Shown here piece by piece: positions 38,154-47,964 of a DNA stretch of 64,000 nucleotides. Position numbers and translations under genes: made by a program. Origin of the DNA: Thermoanaerobaculia bacterium (GTDB lineage Bacteria; Acidobacteriota; Thermoanaerobaculia; Multivoradales; Multivoraceae); NCBI GenBank assembly GCA_963664405.1, contig OY761158.1, forward strand, positions 1,824,001 through 1,888,000. Direction: 5' to 3'. The notes beneath the pieces were generated by a model. It did no database searches and was not told where the DNA came from. It worked only from the letters and a program-made list of their open reading frames with translations. How positions within the stretch are numbered: the first letter of the stretch is position 1; each line of letters opens with the position of its first letter.

Positions 38154-39245
38154 TCACATATAGACCGTGAACTTCTTCGGGTCGAAGGCCTCACGCACGG
38201 CCTCGCCGACGAAGTTCACCAGGGTCAAGATGAAGACCAGGGTGACGAAAGCGGAAGAGATGATCCAAGGGGAAGTGGTCAGGCTCGCCGTTCCCTGCTT
38301 GAGCAGCTCGCCGATCGAGGGAGTCGGCGGCGGAAGCCCCCAGCCGAGGAAGTCGAGGGCGGTCACGGCGACGATCGCGTTGATGACGGTCAGCGGCACG
38401 AAGGTCACGATCGTCGAAAGCACATTGGGAATGATGTGGCTGAAGATGATCCGCGAAGTTGAAGCACCGAGAACGATGGCAGCCGCCGTGTAATCCCTCT
38501 CCTTCTCGCGATAGGTGGCGGTGCGCATGTAGTAGGTCATCGATGTCCACGAGAAGAGCACCATGATGGCGAGCAGAATCGTGATTCGGGTCGGGATATC
38601 GAAGCTGGTCGGAATCACCGAGAAGACGATGATCACCATGTAGAGGAAAGGGATATTCGACCAGATCTCGATCAGACGCTGCACAAGAAGATCGAAGACG
38701 CCTCCGAAATAGCCCATCATGCACCCTAGAGAAATCCCGATCAGATAGGTCAGCGACATGAAGGCCAGCGCAAAAAGAATAGCGGTGCGAAAGCCGAAGG
38801 CGAGGCGCGCAAAGATGTCGCGGCCGGTCGAGTCGGTGCCCAGATAGTGCCTCGAGGCCAGCGAAGGCGGCGCAGGCTTGAACACTCCTTCGTAGGCATC
38901 GTTCTCATAGGCGTCGTAGGGAACGAGAGGCATGAGCACCAGGTTCTCGCCGCCTTCGCGCTCGAATCTCCGTTTGAGATCGCGATAGTCGACCGGAGTC
39001 AGCGCATCTACACCCACCGATCCGAACTCGTCACCCAGCCGCACCCGAGTGTAGGTGGGGAACGACCACTCACCCTCGTAGCGCACCGCCAGTGCACGAC
39101 TATTGATGAACACCTCACCCACCAAAGAGAGAGCGATAAAGACCACCAGGATCAGAAACGAAAAATAGCCACGTCGTATTTCTCTGAAGCGCTTCAACTT
39201 CTTTGCAGTAAGAGGGTTGAGCTTCATCGCCCAGGTCCGGCTCAA
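38154..39245 (-). CDS. peptide ABC transporter permease (YejE/OppC-like)
   Basis: HYLGTDSTGRDIFARL, EAA-like loop DYTAAAIVLGAS and LDFLGWGLPPPTPS. Confidence 0.9.
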   Translation of the reverse strand: MSRTWAMKLNPLTAKKLKRFREIRRGYFSFLILVVFIALSLVGEVFINSRALAVRYEGEWSFPTYTRVRLGDEFGSVGVDALTPVDYRDLKRRFEREGGENLVLMPLVPYDAYENDAYEGVFKPAPPSLASRHYLGTDSTGRDIFARLAFGFRTAILFALAFMSLTYLIGISLGCMMGYFGGVFDLLVQRLIEIWSNIPFLYMVIIVFSVIPTSFDIPTRITILLAIMVLFSWTSMTYYMRTATYREKERDYTAAAIVLGASTSRIIFSHIIPNVLSTIVTFVPLTVINAIVAVTALDFLGWGLPPPTPSIGELLKQGTASLTTSPWIISSAFVTLVFILTLVNFVGEAVREAFDPKKFTVYM

Positions 39246-40267
39246 GAGAAGCGAATGCGCGGATCGATCGCGGCAACGAGCGCGTCGGAGATGATGTTGC
39301 CCACCAGCAGCGCCAAGCTCGACGCGAAGACAACCCCCATGACCACCGGGTAGTCTCGATCGAAGACGGCGGTCAGGCCGAGCAGACCGAAGCCGTTGAT
39401 GTCGAAGATGGTCTCGATCAGAAACGAACCGCTGACGATGAGCAAGACGTTCTGGCCGAAGGTGGTGGCGATCGGAATCAGCGAATTTCGTAACGCATGC
39501 CCGGTGACCGCCTTGCGAAACGAAACCCCCTTGGCGACGGCGGTGCGGACATAGTCGGCAGACAGGTTGTCCATGAGGTGGTTCTTCATCAACTGCGTGG
39601 TTACCGCAAAGCTACCGACGAGATAGCAGCACAACGGCAGGACCGCATGGTGCAACACATCCAAGACCTTGCCCCAGGGACTCAGAAGGTCGAAGTCGAA
39701 ACCGATGAACCCACCCATCGGGAACCACTCGAGGCGAGCGGCAAAAAAGAAAAGCAGAAGACTTCCCATCACGTAAGGAGGAACCGCATACCCCATGAAG
39801 ACGAAGATCGAGGTGACGTTGTCCATCGCACTGCGATGTTTGATTGCTTTCACCACCCCGAGCGGGATGCACACCGAGTAGGTGATGATTACCGTGGCCA
39901 AGCCGAAGAACAGAGAGATGGGCAACCGAGAGCGCATGATGTCGACTACCGGCTCGTTATACCGGTAGGACGAGCCAAGATCACCTCGGAGGACCTTGCC
40001 CAACCATTCGACATAGGAGACGAGCCACGGTTTGTCGAAGCCGTAGTACTCCTTCAGTTGCTGGATCTGCTCATCCGAGAGCGCCTGTCCCTGCCCGGAG
40101 AGCGAATTCGAGCTGCCGCCGCCAGTAGCATCGAGCTGTTGCGCTTCCATGATTGCCCGCTCGAGCGGACCTCCCGGCACCACCCGGGTGATCAGGAAAA
40201 CGACAATTGTGATGCCAAGTAGGGTCGGGGGAATTAGCAAGAAGCGGCGGATGAAGTAGTCCCGCAT
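39242..40267 (-). CDS. peptide ABC transporter permease (YejB/OppB-like)
   Basis: YFIRRFLLIPPTL, YGFDKP, GDLGSS, DYVRTAVAKG and DPRIRF. Confidence 0.92.
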   Translation of the reverse strand: MRDYFIRRFLLIPPTLLGITIVVFLITRVVPGGPLERAIMEAQQLDATGGGSSNSLSGQGQALSDEQIQQLKEYYGFDKPWLVSYVEWLGKVLRGDLGSSYRYNEPVVDIMRSRLPISLFFGLATVIITYSVCIPLGVVKAIKHRSAMDNVTSIFVFMGYAVPPYVMGSLLLFFFAARLEWFPMGGFIGFDFDLLSPWGKVLDVLHHAVLPLCCYLVGSFAVTTQLMKNHLMDNLSADYVRTAVAKGVSFRKAVTGHALRNSLIPIATTFGQNVLLIVSGSFLIETIFDINGFGLLGLTAVFDRDYPVVMGVVFASSLALLVGNIISDALVAAIDPRIRFS

Positions 40268-40300
40268 GGACCACGGGAGGCTAGCACAGCAGGCCCCGAA

Positions 40301-40606
40301 TCAAGGGTGGCCCAGCCCGGGAGTCGGGCGCGCTCCTAGCCCTTCCTGTCGCTGTCGCCAGCGTTCTCGCGCTTTCTCCGCTTCTTCTTCACGGTTCTTG
40401 GGCGCAACGGTGGCCACCAGCCGAGACAGCAGCTGCGCGGTGACCTCGGCGATAGCGTCTACGGCTTCTTCGAAGGCGGCCTCATTGGCGCGCGACGGCT
40501 TGGTAGAGCCGCTCACCTTGCGAACATACTGGAGCGCTGCGGATCGGACTTCCTCATCCGTGGCGGCGGGCTCGTAATTGTGGAGAGTACGGATATTGCG
40601 GCACAT
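40301..40606 (-). CDS. DUF2277-family small protein
   Basis: MCRNIRTLHNYEPAATDEEVRSAALQYVRKVSG...NEAAF...PKNREEE. Confidence 0.85.
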   Translation of the reverse strand: MCRNIRTLHNYEPAATDEEVRSAALQYVRKVSGSTKPSRANEAAFEEAVDAIAEVTAQLLSRLVATVAPKNREEEAEKARERWRQRQEGLGARPTPGLGHP

Positions 40607-40615
40607 TCTCCAATA

Positions 40616-40781
40616 CTAGACCAGCGTTTCCAAAGTTCGTGTGCAATAGCTCGAGGTCATTCTGTTCGCTGGCCAGGCGCGCCGACGCAGGCATATTGGG
40701 CAATATGTCGAGGAGGCGAAACGCCGCCAGCGGACAGAAGGGGCCGAGATATGTGCGCGAACTTTGGAAACGCTGGTCTAG
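40616..40781 (+). mobile_element. MITE family A, full copy (net +162 bp) in a divergent intergenic region
   Basis: CTAGACCAGCGTTTCCAAAGTTCG...CGAACTTTGGAAACGCTGGTCTAG. Confidence 0.93.
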
Positions 40782-40846
40782 GCCAAGTCGCCTGCGAGCC
40801 TGGTAGCCTGCGTGCACCAACCCAGACACCCAACAGGGGGCAAGCC

Positions 40847-42832
40847 ATGACCCAACTAGACCAGCGTTTCCAAAGTTCGTGCTGCATAGCTCGAGGTCAT
40901 TCTGTTCGCTGGCTAGGCGCGCTGACGCAGGCATATCGGGCAGCCGCCATCGACTCGTATTCGCGGCCAATTCTCACCTCTGTAGGCCCCCTGCTCGCCC
41001 TGGTGCTCGGTGTGACGGCGCTGGCGTGCAGCTCCGGCGAGCCCACCGCTCCACCGGCGGAGACCAGCTCGAGCTCGGAGAGGCCGGCTCCGAATCCACT
41101 GCGCAGCGCCTACTTCGGCGACCTTCACGTGCACACTCGCTATTCGATGGACGCCTACATCTTCGATGTCAGGGCCTCGCCCGACGACGCCTATCGATTC
41201 GCCAAGGGCGAGCCTCTCGATCATGTCAGCGGCCATCGCATGCAGCTCCAGACTCCCTTCGATTTTCAGGCGGTCACCGACCACGGCATCCTGCTCGGCG
41301 CTCTGCCGGCAATGGATGACCCGGAGGACCCGCTCTACAACGAGCCTATCGCCAAGGAGCTGCGTGAGCTGGGGCCGGCGGAAGGGTTTCAGCGCGGCCG
41401 GGAAGCCTTTGAAGGCGGAGAGTTCGAGCAGATGGATTACTCCCATGCCACGCGCTCGGCCTGGCAGCGGATCATCGAGGCGGCCGAGCGTCATAACGAT
41501 CCCGGCCACTTCACCACCTTCGTCGCCTATGAGTACACCTCGACCGCCCCTGATCAGGGCAACCTCCACCGCAACGTGATCTTTCGCGGCAGCGAGGCAC
41601 CCGAAATGCCGCTCAGCTCCGCGGACTACCCCGACCCGGAGGATCTGTGGCGCTGGCTCGACGACCTACGAGCCCAGGGCATCGAAGCGTTGGCGATTCC
41701 ACACAACTCGAACGGCAGCAACGGCCAGATGTTCCGCCTCGAGACCCTGTCCGGCGAGCCTCTCGACGCCGACTATGCCGATCTGCGCATGCGCAACGAG
41801 CCTTTAGTCGAGGTCACCCAGGTCAAGGGTACGTCCGAGGTACACCCGCTGCTGTCCCCAAACGACGAGTGGGCTGACTTCGAGATCTTCCCCTACCGCA
41901 TCTCCACCCGGCTGGACAGCCAGCCGGCCGGCAGCTACGTCCGCGATGCCTACGTCAGCGGGTTGATCCTGGAGGAGACCAAGGGTTTCAATCCCTTCCG
42001 CTTCGGTCTCATCGGGTCGACCGACACCCACAACGCGGCAGGGACCCCGGACGAGTGGCACTTCCACAGCAAAGTCGGCGCCCGCGACGGTACCCCTCAG
42101 CGCCGCGGATCGGTGCCCCTGGACGAGCCCGGAGAGGACGGCGAGCCGGCCTACGTCGATGGCTATTTCCACCTCTGGGGCGCCGCCGGTGTCGCCGGCG
42201 TCTGGGCGGAGGAGAACACCCGCGAGTCGATCTACGATGCTTTCCGGCGCAAGGAGACCTTCGCCACGACCGGGCCTCGCATCCAAGTCCGATTCTTCGC
42301 CGGTTACGACCTCGCGGAGGATCTCGCCTCGGCTCCCGACAAGGTAGCCAGGGCCTACGAAGGTGGAATACCGATGGGGGCCGATCTGAGCGCCGATGGC
42401 GAGCGAGCGCCGCGTTTTCTGCTGTGGGCGATTCAGGACCCCAACAGCGCTCCGCTCCAACGTCTGCAGATCGTCAAGGGCTGGGTAGACGACGAGGGGG
42501 GCCACGATCAGGTTTTCGACGTCGCCTGCTCCGACGGCGCGCAGCCCGACCCGGAAACCCATCGCTGCGCCGACAACGGCGCTAGCGTGGATCTTTCTGA
42601 TTGCAGCTTCTCGCGTGATTCCGGCGCGGCGGAGCTGAGCGCGGTATGGAGTGACCCCGGCTTCGAGCCCGCCCAGCACGCCGTCTACTACCTGCGAGTG
42701 ATCGAGAACCCCACTTGCCGTTGGTCGACATGGGACGCCTTGAGGGCGGGTGTGGAGCCGCGCGCCGACTTACCTACGACCATCCAAGAGCGAGCCTGGT
42801 CGTCGCCGATCTGGTTCGTTCCCGGAGGCTGA
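40847..42832 (+). CDS. DUF3604-family PHP-like lipoprotein with a half-MITE in frame at its N-terminus
   Basis: AYFGDLHVHTRYSMDA, VTDH, YEYT, NLHRNV, IPHNSN, EVTQVKGTSE and QERAWSSPIW; lipobox ALAC; SD AGGGGG before ATG 40847. Confidence 0.85.
   Translation: MTQLDQRFQSSCCIARGHSVRWLGALTQAYRAAAIDSYSRPILTSVGPLLALVLGVTALACSSGEPTAPPAETSSSSERPAPNPLRSAYFGDLHVHTRYSMDAYIFDVRASPDDAYRFAKGEPLDHVSGHRMQLQTPFDFQAVTDHGILLGALPAMDDPEDPLYNEPIAKELRELGPAEGFQRGREAFEGGEFEQMDYSHATRSAWQRIIEAAERHNDPGHFTTFVAYEYTSTAPDQGNLHRNVIFRGSEAPEMPLSSADYPDPEDLWRWLDDLRAQGIEALAIPHNSNGSNGQMFRLETLSGEPLDADYADLRMRNEPLVEVTQVKGTSEVHPLLSPNDEWADFEIFPYRISTRLDSQPAGSYVRDAYVSGLILEETKGFNPFRFGLIGSTDTHNAAGTPDEWHFHSKVGARDGTPQRRGSVPLDEPGEDGEPAYVDGYFHLWGAAGVAGVWAEENTRESIYDAFRRKETFATTGPRIQVRFFAGYDLAEDLASAPDKVARAYEGGIPMGADLSADGERAPRFLLWAIQDPNSAPLQRLQIVKGWVDDEGGHDQVFDVACSDGAQPDPETHRCADNGASVDLSDCSFSRDSGAAELSAVWSDPGFEPAQHAVYYLRVIENPTCRWSTWDALRAGVEPRADLPTTIQERAWSSPIWFVPGG
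40856..40942 (+). mobile_element. MITE family A, left half only, starting at codon 4 of the DUF3604 gene
   Basis: CTAGACCAGCGTTTCCAAAGTTCGTGCTGCATAGCTCGAGG...GACGCAGGCATATCGGGCA, then diverges at the central loop. Confidence 0.88.
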
Positions 42833-42917
42833 GTAATCAGACTGGCAGCGCACGATCCGGAGGTCCGGATGCGCCGTCCTCGGCGCCATGTTGTCTAGCC
42901 GGAGGAAATGATAGCGA

Positions 42918-43577
42918 TCATTTCAGGAGGCTAGAGCCGTCGGGACGTACCGAGTAGTTCAGCGCACTCGCAGCAACATAGGCTTCGCGGCTGCGAATGC
43001 GTTCTAGATACGCGGTCAGTGGCGCCGACAGGCTGAGCTCGTAGGAGAGGGCCCAGTCGAGACAACTCACGAGCAGGATGTCAGCACCGGTGAGAGTCTC
43101 TCCCACGAGAAAGGGTCGACCGTCACTGAGCGCCGCACTCGCTACGGCGATCTGTCGCTCGAAGCCGGCGAAAGCCTCTTTCACCGCATTCGGCGCCTCG
43201 CCATAAAGAGATGCCAGGTCTCGGTGCTTGCGTACGGCGTAGAGAGTGTGGGCGTCGAGCTCCATCATGACGAAGAAGCACCACTCGTTGTAGTGCGCTC
43301 TCTCGAGGGTGTCGAAGTCGGGCGTTAGGCCGCTACCCTTGCCGTAGGTATCGGCCAAATAGGTCACGATCGCAGCGCTCTCGGTGAGAACCAAGGCGCT
43401 GTCAAGCAGCACCGGAACCTTCTGTTTCGGGTTGAGACGAACGAACTCGTCGGTCTGGGTGTCGCCGCTACGTGAAGTGACCAGAAGACGCTTCTCGTAA
43501 TCCAGGCCGAGCTCGTGGAGCATCCAATGAGGGCGAAGGGTGCGAGTCGTACCCGCGCCGAGCAGAGTCAGAGGCAT
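42918..43577 (-). CDS. glutathione S-transferase family protein
   Basis: WMLHELGLDY, LNPKQKVPVL, LTESAAI..YL and FLVGETLTGADI. Confidence 0.9.
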   Translation of the reverse strand: MPLTLLGAGTTRTLRPHWMLHELGLDYEKRLLVTSRSGDTQTDEFVRLNPKQKVPVLLDSALVLTESAAIVTYLADTYGKGSGLTPDFDTLERAHYNEWCFFVMMELDAHTLYAVRKHRDLASLYGEAPNAVKEAFAGFERQIAVASAALSDGRPFLVGETLTGADILLVSCLDWALSYELSLSAPLTAYLERIRSREAYVAASALNYSVRPDGSSLLK

Positions 43578-44326
43578 CTCGTCACTATACATAGCTGGTA
43601 GCCTACGCCTCGCTCGAGGAGGCTACGGCTCTCTGCACCGCAGCCGTTGAACCATAGCCGATGGAAAAACGTGCACCCACTCCCCTTCTGACCGAAGACG
43701 AGCACGATCCTGTGCACCTCGAACGTGAGCACGGAACGTCGCCGATCTTTCTCACCTGTGACCACCCTGGGCACCGTCTCCCACGCGAGCTCGGCGATCT
43801 CGGTCTGAGTCCCCTGGAGCTTCGCAGGCACATCGGTTGGGATATCGGGGCACTTGGTATCGCCACCCGCCTGTCGAAGGAGCTCGACGCCACCCTGGTA
43901 GCGCAGCTTTACTCCCGACTGGTCATCGACTGCAACCGCAGAGTCGACGTTCCGAGCTCAATCCCCACTCGCAGCGAGAACACCGTCGTGCCGGGGAACC
44001 TCGATCTCGACCCCGGTGCCAGAAAAGCGCGCGAGCGGGCGATTCATGCTCCTTACCACGATACCGTCTCACGACTTCTCGACACGCGGCGAGACCAGCA
44101 GAGGCCCACAGTGCTCATCGCCGTCCACAGCTTCACACCCATCTACGACGGCGTATCGCGACCCTGGCACATCACTTTCTCGACCGACGAAGAGCGTTCG
44201 GTGGTGGATCCGATGCTCGACTGGCTCAGAGCCGAGTCCGACCTCGTGGTCGGCGACGGCGAGCCCTTCACGGTCGAGGACGTGGACTACACCCTTCCCG
44301 TTCACGGTATTCGCAGAGGCATACCG

Positions 44327-46270
44327 CTTGGGTTCAAGGGGTCGTCGCAACGTTGCCTTGGTGAGCAGAGTGTACAAACTCATCGAAGACTTCGGCAGGG
44401 GTTCTGAGCGGTCACGGTTTCGTGGACACCAAGTTAAGCCCCATCGGGGCAGTTCCTATTCTGCATCAGTTCGGGTAGTCAGCTTCGGACGAGGCTGTGC
44501 GAGGTTCGGGGAGCGCAGCCTCCCTTCGGATCCGACCGCCGGTCGCGCGTGAGTTCACGCTGCCCCTTCGAAGGCCTCGGGGCTCAGGAATCCGAGCGTC
44601 GAATGCTGGCGTCTCAGGTTGTAGAACACTTCGAGGTAAGAAACCGCTTCGTCGTGAGCTCGCTGACGAGTCTCGAAGGGTCGGTCCCAGACCTCGGTCT
44701 TGAGACTGTCGAAGAAGCTCTCCAAGACCGCATTGTCATAACAATTTCCGACGCCGGACATGCTGCAGCGAAACCGCAGCTCAGCCAGCCGATCCTGGTA
44801 AGCCTTCGAGGCGTACTGCTTGGGTTCAAGGAGTCGTCGCAGCGTTGCCTTGGTGAGCAGAGTGTACAAGCTCATCGAAGACTTCGGCAGGGGTTCTCCA
44901 GCCGAGGGTCTTGCGGGGTCGGCCGTTGAGTGCGAGCGCGACCGCGGCGAGGTCGTCGCAGGAGTATCTGACAAGGTCGGTGCCCTTCGGGAAGTACTGG
45001 CGTAGTAGTCCGTTGGTGTTCTCGTTGGTGCCCCGCTGCCAGGGGCTGTGCGGGTCGCAGAAGTAGATCGCGAGGCCGGTATCGACGCGGAGTTGAGCGT
45101 GTTGAGCCATCTCGGCGCCCTGGTCCCAGGTCAAGGACCGGCGGAGCTGCTCGGGCAGCGTGGTGATTGACACCGCGATCGCGTCACGGACGGCTTCGGC
45201 GCCGTGCCCGGCGAGGGCCGGCCCGTTCTTCACCCTCGATTCGGTCCCGTGCCCTTCCATGCGGGGCAGGTGCAGCAGCATCGTGAACCGCGTAGTGCGT
45301 TCGACGAGGGTCCCGATCGCTGAGCTCTCGAGCCCGACGATCAGGTCGCCTTCCCAGTGACCCGGCACGGCCCTGTCGCCGGCTTCGGCGGGGCGTTCGC
45401 TGATCATGATCTCCGGAGTTACAAATTTCTTGCCTCTCCCCCGGGTTCGCGCATGCGGCACTCGTAGCGCTCGCCCGGTTCGCAGGCACGCGACGAGCTC
45501 GCGTTTGAGGGCTCCTCGACCTTGGATGTAGAGCGCTTGGTAGATCGCCTCGTGAGAGATCCGCATCGACTCATTATGGGGGAAATCAATCCGAAGCCGG
45601 TTCGAGATCTGCTCCGGACTCCAGGATTTCGCCCAACGCCGATCCTGGCGACGGCCGTGCCGACGGCCGATCCAACGCACATCCGGACCCGGCACCAGCT
45701 CCCCGTCAGGCCTTGCGATCACGCCGGCGAGGCGGTTCTGCACGTACTCACGCAAGGCATCGTTCGCGGCAAGCTTGGAGACCTTCGGACGGCTGGCGCG
45801 CCGCTCCGCGTGCCACTGCGCAGTCGTGGCCCGATAAGTTACGGCACGGCTGCGAGTCGCCGCGTTGCGGCGCAGCTCCCGCGAAATCGTCGACGGTGAA
45901 CGACCCAGGCGGCGAGCGATCTCACGTACCCCAACATGCTGAGCGTGAAGGATGGCGATCTCTTCACGCTCGGCGAACGACAGATAACGCCCCGACACCG
46001 GAGCCAACGAGATAGGTCGCATTCCACCAGCTTGCCTGAACCATCTCGACCCGACAGCCGGCGACACCCCAGCCTCTGTTGCGGCGTCCTCGCTGGACGC
46101 CCCACGAGCGATCGTCTCCCAGAACCGGATCCGGTCCTCGCGCCGCGCTGTCGAGGGCCGGCCAGGTGACCGCATCTGGCCACGCATCGCTCGAATCGCA
46201 CCCTGACACTTGCCAACTCCCATCGAAACACCTCCATCACGAGATGTTGCGACGACCAGTTGAATCCGCC
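44327..46270 (-). mobile_element. 1944-bp chimeric IS30-family transposon, copy 2
   Basis: Same ends and internal IS3 remnant as copy 1; 3-bp TSD CCG (44324-44326, 46271-46273). Confidence 0.93.
44826..46223 (-). CDS. IS30-family transposase
   Basis: Same protein as 4395-5792 except STISREL versus STILREL. Confidence 0.95.
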   Translation of the reverse strand: MGVGKCQGAIRAMRGQMRSPGRPSTARREDRIRFWETIARGASSEDAATEAGVSPAVGSRWFRQAGGMRPISLAPVSGRYLSFAEREEIAILHAQHVGVREIARRLGRSPSTISRELRRNAATRSRAVTYRATTAQWHAERRASRPKVSKLAANDALREYVQNRLAGVIARPDGELVPGPDVRWIGRRHGRRQDRRWAKSWSPEQISNRLRIDFPHNESMRISHEAIYQALYIQGRGALKRELVACLRTGRALRVPHARTRGRGKKFVTPEIMISERPAEAGDRAVPGHWEGDLIVGLESSAIGTLVERTTRFTMLLHLPRMEGHGTESRVKNGPALAGHGAEAVRDAIAVSITTLPEQLRRSLTWDQGAEMAQHAQLRVDTGLAIYFCDPHSPWQRGTNENTNGLLRQYFPKGTDLVRYSCDDLAAVALALNGRPRKTLGWRTPAEVFDELVHSAHQGNAATTP

Positions 46271-46389
46271 CCGCGAGCCTTGATCGAAGTGCGACAAGAC
46301 CTGGTTGCGACCGAGCAGGGACAAGAAGAGTGGGCCGATCGCCTAGCCACTCTGCTCCGGCATGCCCTCGATCGGATTGGATCCGGCTG

Positions 46390-47604
46390 ATGAAAAGCGC
46401 CAGCTCACCGGTTCTCGCCGTCGCCGTTAGCGGTCTCCTTCAACTCGCCTTCGTCTCCTGCACCCCGCGCACCGCGTCCGGCCCGGCAACGACAGATGAG
46501 CTGGAAGCGAATGAGGCGGACTTGCAAAGACTACGGGCGCTCCCCTACGTCGCCTGGGACGAAGGAGCCGACCCCGAGCTGCGCGGGGTGCTCTCTTGGG
46601 ACGAGAGCCGGGCCTGGTCCGGATACAACCTCTACACCAACGACGTCGACGAGGCGTACCTCATGGACATGAGTGGGCGACGGGTGCATCGCTGGAAGCT
46701 GCCGCGGACTCGAAATGGCCACTGCGAGCACGTCGAGCTGTTGGAGGACGGCGAGATCCTTGCTGTCTGCGTCAACGATGGGGCCTTTCACCTCGACTGG
46801 GCCTCTCGCGTGCTGGCAGAAACCACGATCGGGGTGCACCACGACGCCGCTGTCATGCCCGACGGCAGGCGTGTAATTCCATTTCACGACGGCAGATACA
46901 TCCATCGACGTCGCCTGGTCTGGTTCGACGGTCTCGCCTCGCTGAACAGCGACCTCGAGCTGGTCGACCGCTGGTCGAGCTTCGAGCGACTCGACGACCT
47001 CACTCCCCATCACCCACGATCTCCACTCGAGAAGCCGGGGTCCTGGAGCCGTCTGTTGTCGAACACCAGTGACTACTACCACCTCAACTCGGTCGAGTCG
47101 CTGCCGGCCACAGATCTCGGTGCACGAGACCCGCGCTTTCGCCCCGGACAGCTGATGCTCTGCTTTCGCAACACCGACCTCGTAGTAATCCTCGATCAGG
47201 ACAGTCACGACGTGGTGTGGAGCTGGGGTCCTGGCGAGCTTGATGGGCCGCATATGCCGACCCTACTCCCCAGCGGCAACATTCTCGTCTTCGACAACGG
47301 CACTCGGCGGCGCTACTCGAGAGTCGTCGAGATCGACCCCACAACCAAGGAGGTGCGCTGGGAATACGAGGGGGAGCCCCGCGATTCGTTCTTCTCTGCG
47401 TGGCGCGGGTCGGCTCAGCGTTTGGTCAACGGCAACACACTCATCTGCGAAGCCGATAGAGGGCACGCCTTCGAAGTCACGCCAGAGGGCGAGACCGTAT
47501 GGGAGTTCTGGAATCCGGAGCTCGGCAAGAAGGGCCGTAAGCGCATCTACCGCATGACTCGTGTCGCGCCATACCGCCTGGGATCACGACTGCCTGCTAT
47601 TTGA
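46390..47604 (+). CDS. arylsulfotransferase (ASST)-family lipoprotein
   Basis: Lipobox FVSC; HHD, YYHLNSV, WSWGPGELDGPHMP, LVFDNG...YSRVVE, GSAQRL.NGNTLI and VWEFWNP. Confidence 0.8.
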   Translation: MKSASSPVLAVAVSGLLQLAFVSCTPRTASGPATTDELEANEADLQRLRALPYVAWDEGADPELRGVLSWDESRAWSGYNLYTNDVDEAYLMDMSGRRVHRWKLPRTRNGHCEHVELLEDGEILAVCVNDGAFHLDWASRVLAETTIGVHHDAAVMPDGRRVIPFHDGRYIHRRRLVWFDGLASLNSDLELVDRWSSFERLDDLTPHHPRSPLEKPGSWSRLLSNTSDYYHLNSVESLPATDLGARDPRFRPGQLMLCFRNTDLVVILDQDSHDVVWSWGPGELDGPHMPTLLPSGNILVFDNGTRRRYSRVVEIDPTTKEVRWEYEGEPRDSFFSAWRGSAQRLVNGNTLICEADRGHAFEVTPEGETVWEFWNPELGKKGRKRIYRMTRVAPYRLGSRLPAI

Positions 47605-47788
47605 TCTTCCACTTTCGTCGGTTTCGTTGGACCTCGTCGATAAACACGAGGACGATACCGACCACGACCGCAACCCCGCCACCAATAAAAACGTCGAAAG
47701 GAAGCTCGGGCAGCAGGCCCGGGGCCGAGATCTCGAACACGATGTAAAGCATGCCGGCAACGATTAGGATGGCGCCAAGGCCTCTCAT
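47597..47788 (-). CDS. small 2-TM hypothetical protein
   Basis: 63-aa ORF with two hydrophobic stretches and a basic tail; AAGGAG SD upstream. Confidence 0.55.
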   Translation of the reverse strand: MRGLGAILIVAGMLYIVFEISAPGLLPELPFDVFIGGGVAVVVGIVLVFIDEVQRNRRKWKIK

Positions 47789-47964
47789 TGGATTTATCGC
47801 TCCTTGGGGGAATGGTATCGCAAGGTGGGAGTGGCTATCTCGCGGGACCCAGCAGAACGCACTCCCGCCGAGTCAGGCGGCGGAGGAAAGGGGGTAAACA
47901 AGGCACGCCTGCGTTAGGCTAGGGCCACTAAGCGCGTTCTCTCTCAGAAACTTGAACGGACCGG

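Larger units (their letters stand above)
43661..46390 (+). pseudogene. N-formylglutamate amidohydrolase interrupted by the IS30 composite
   Basis: LTCDH, HIGWDIG, SRLVIDCNR, HAPYH, HSFTP, DYTLPVHG..RGIP at 44326; resumes after the CCG TSD as RALIEVRQDL...WADRLA* (stop 46388-46390). Confidence 0.9.

Noticed and set aside
40580-40846. N-terminal extension of the 750-aa ORF 40580-42832
   Set aside because: It is an artefact of the stop-free MITE and overlaps the DUF2277 start on the other strand; ATG 40847 has an SD.
2922-40942. The repeated elements as CRISPR repeats or integron attC sites
   Set aside because: They are dispersed rather than arrayed, have long TIRs with TA duplication, lack GTTRRRY/RYYYAAC cores, and there is no integrase nearby.
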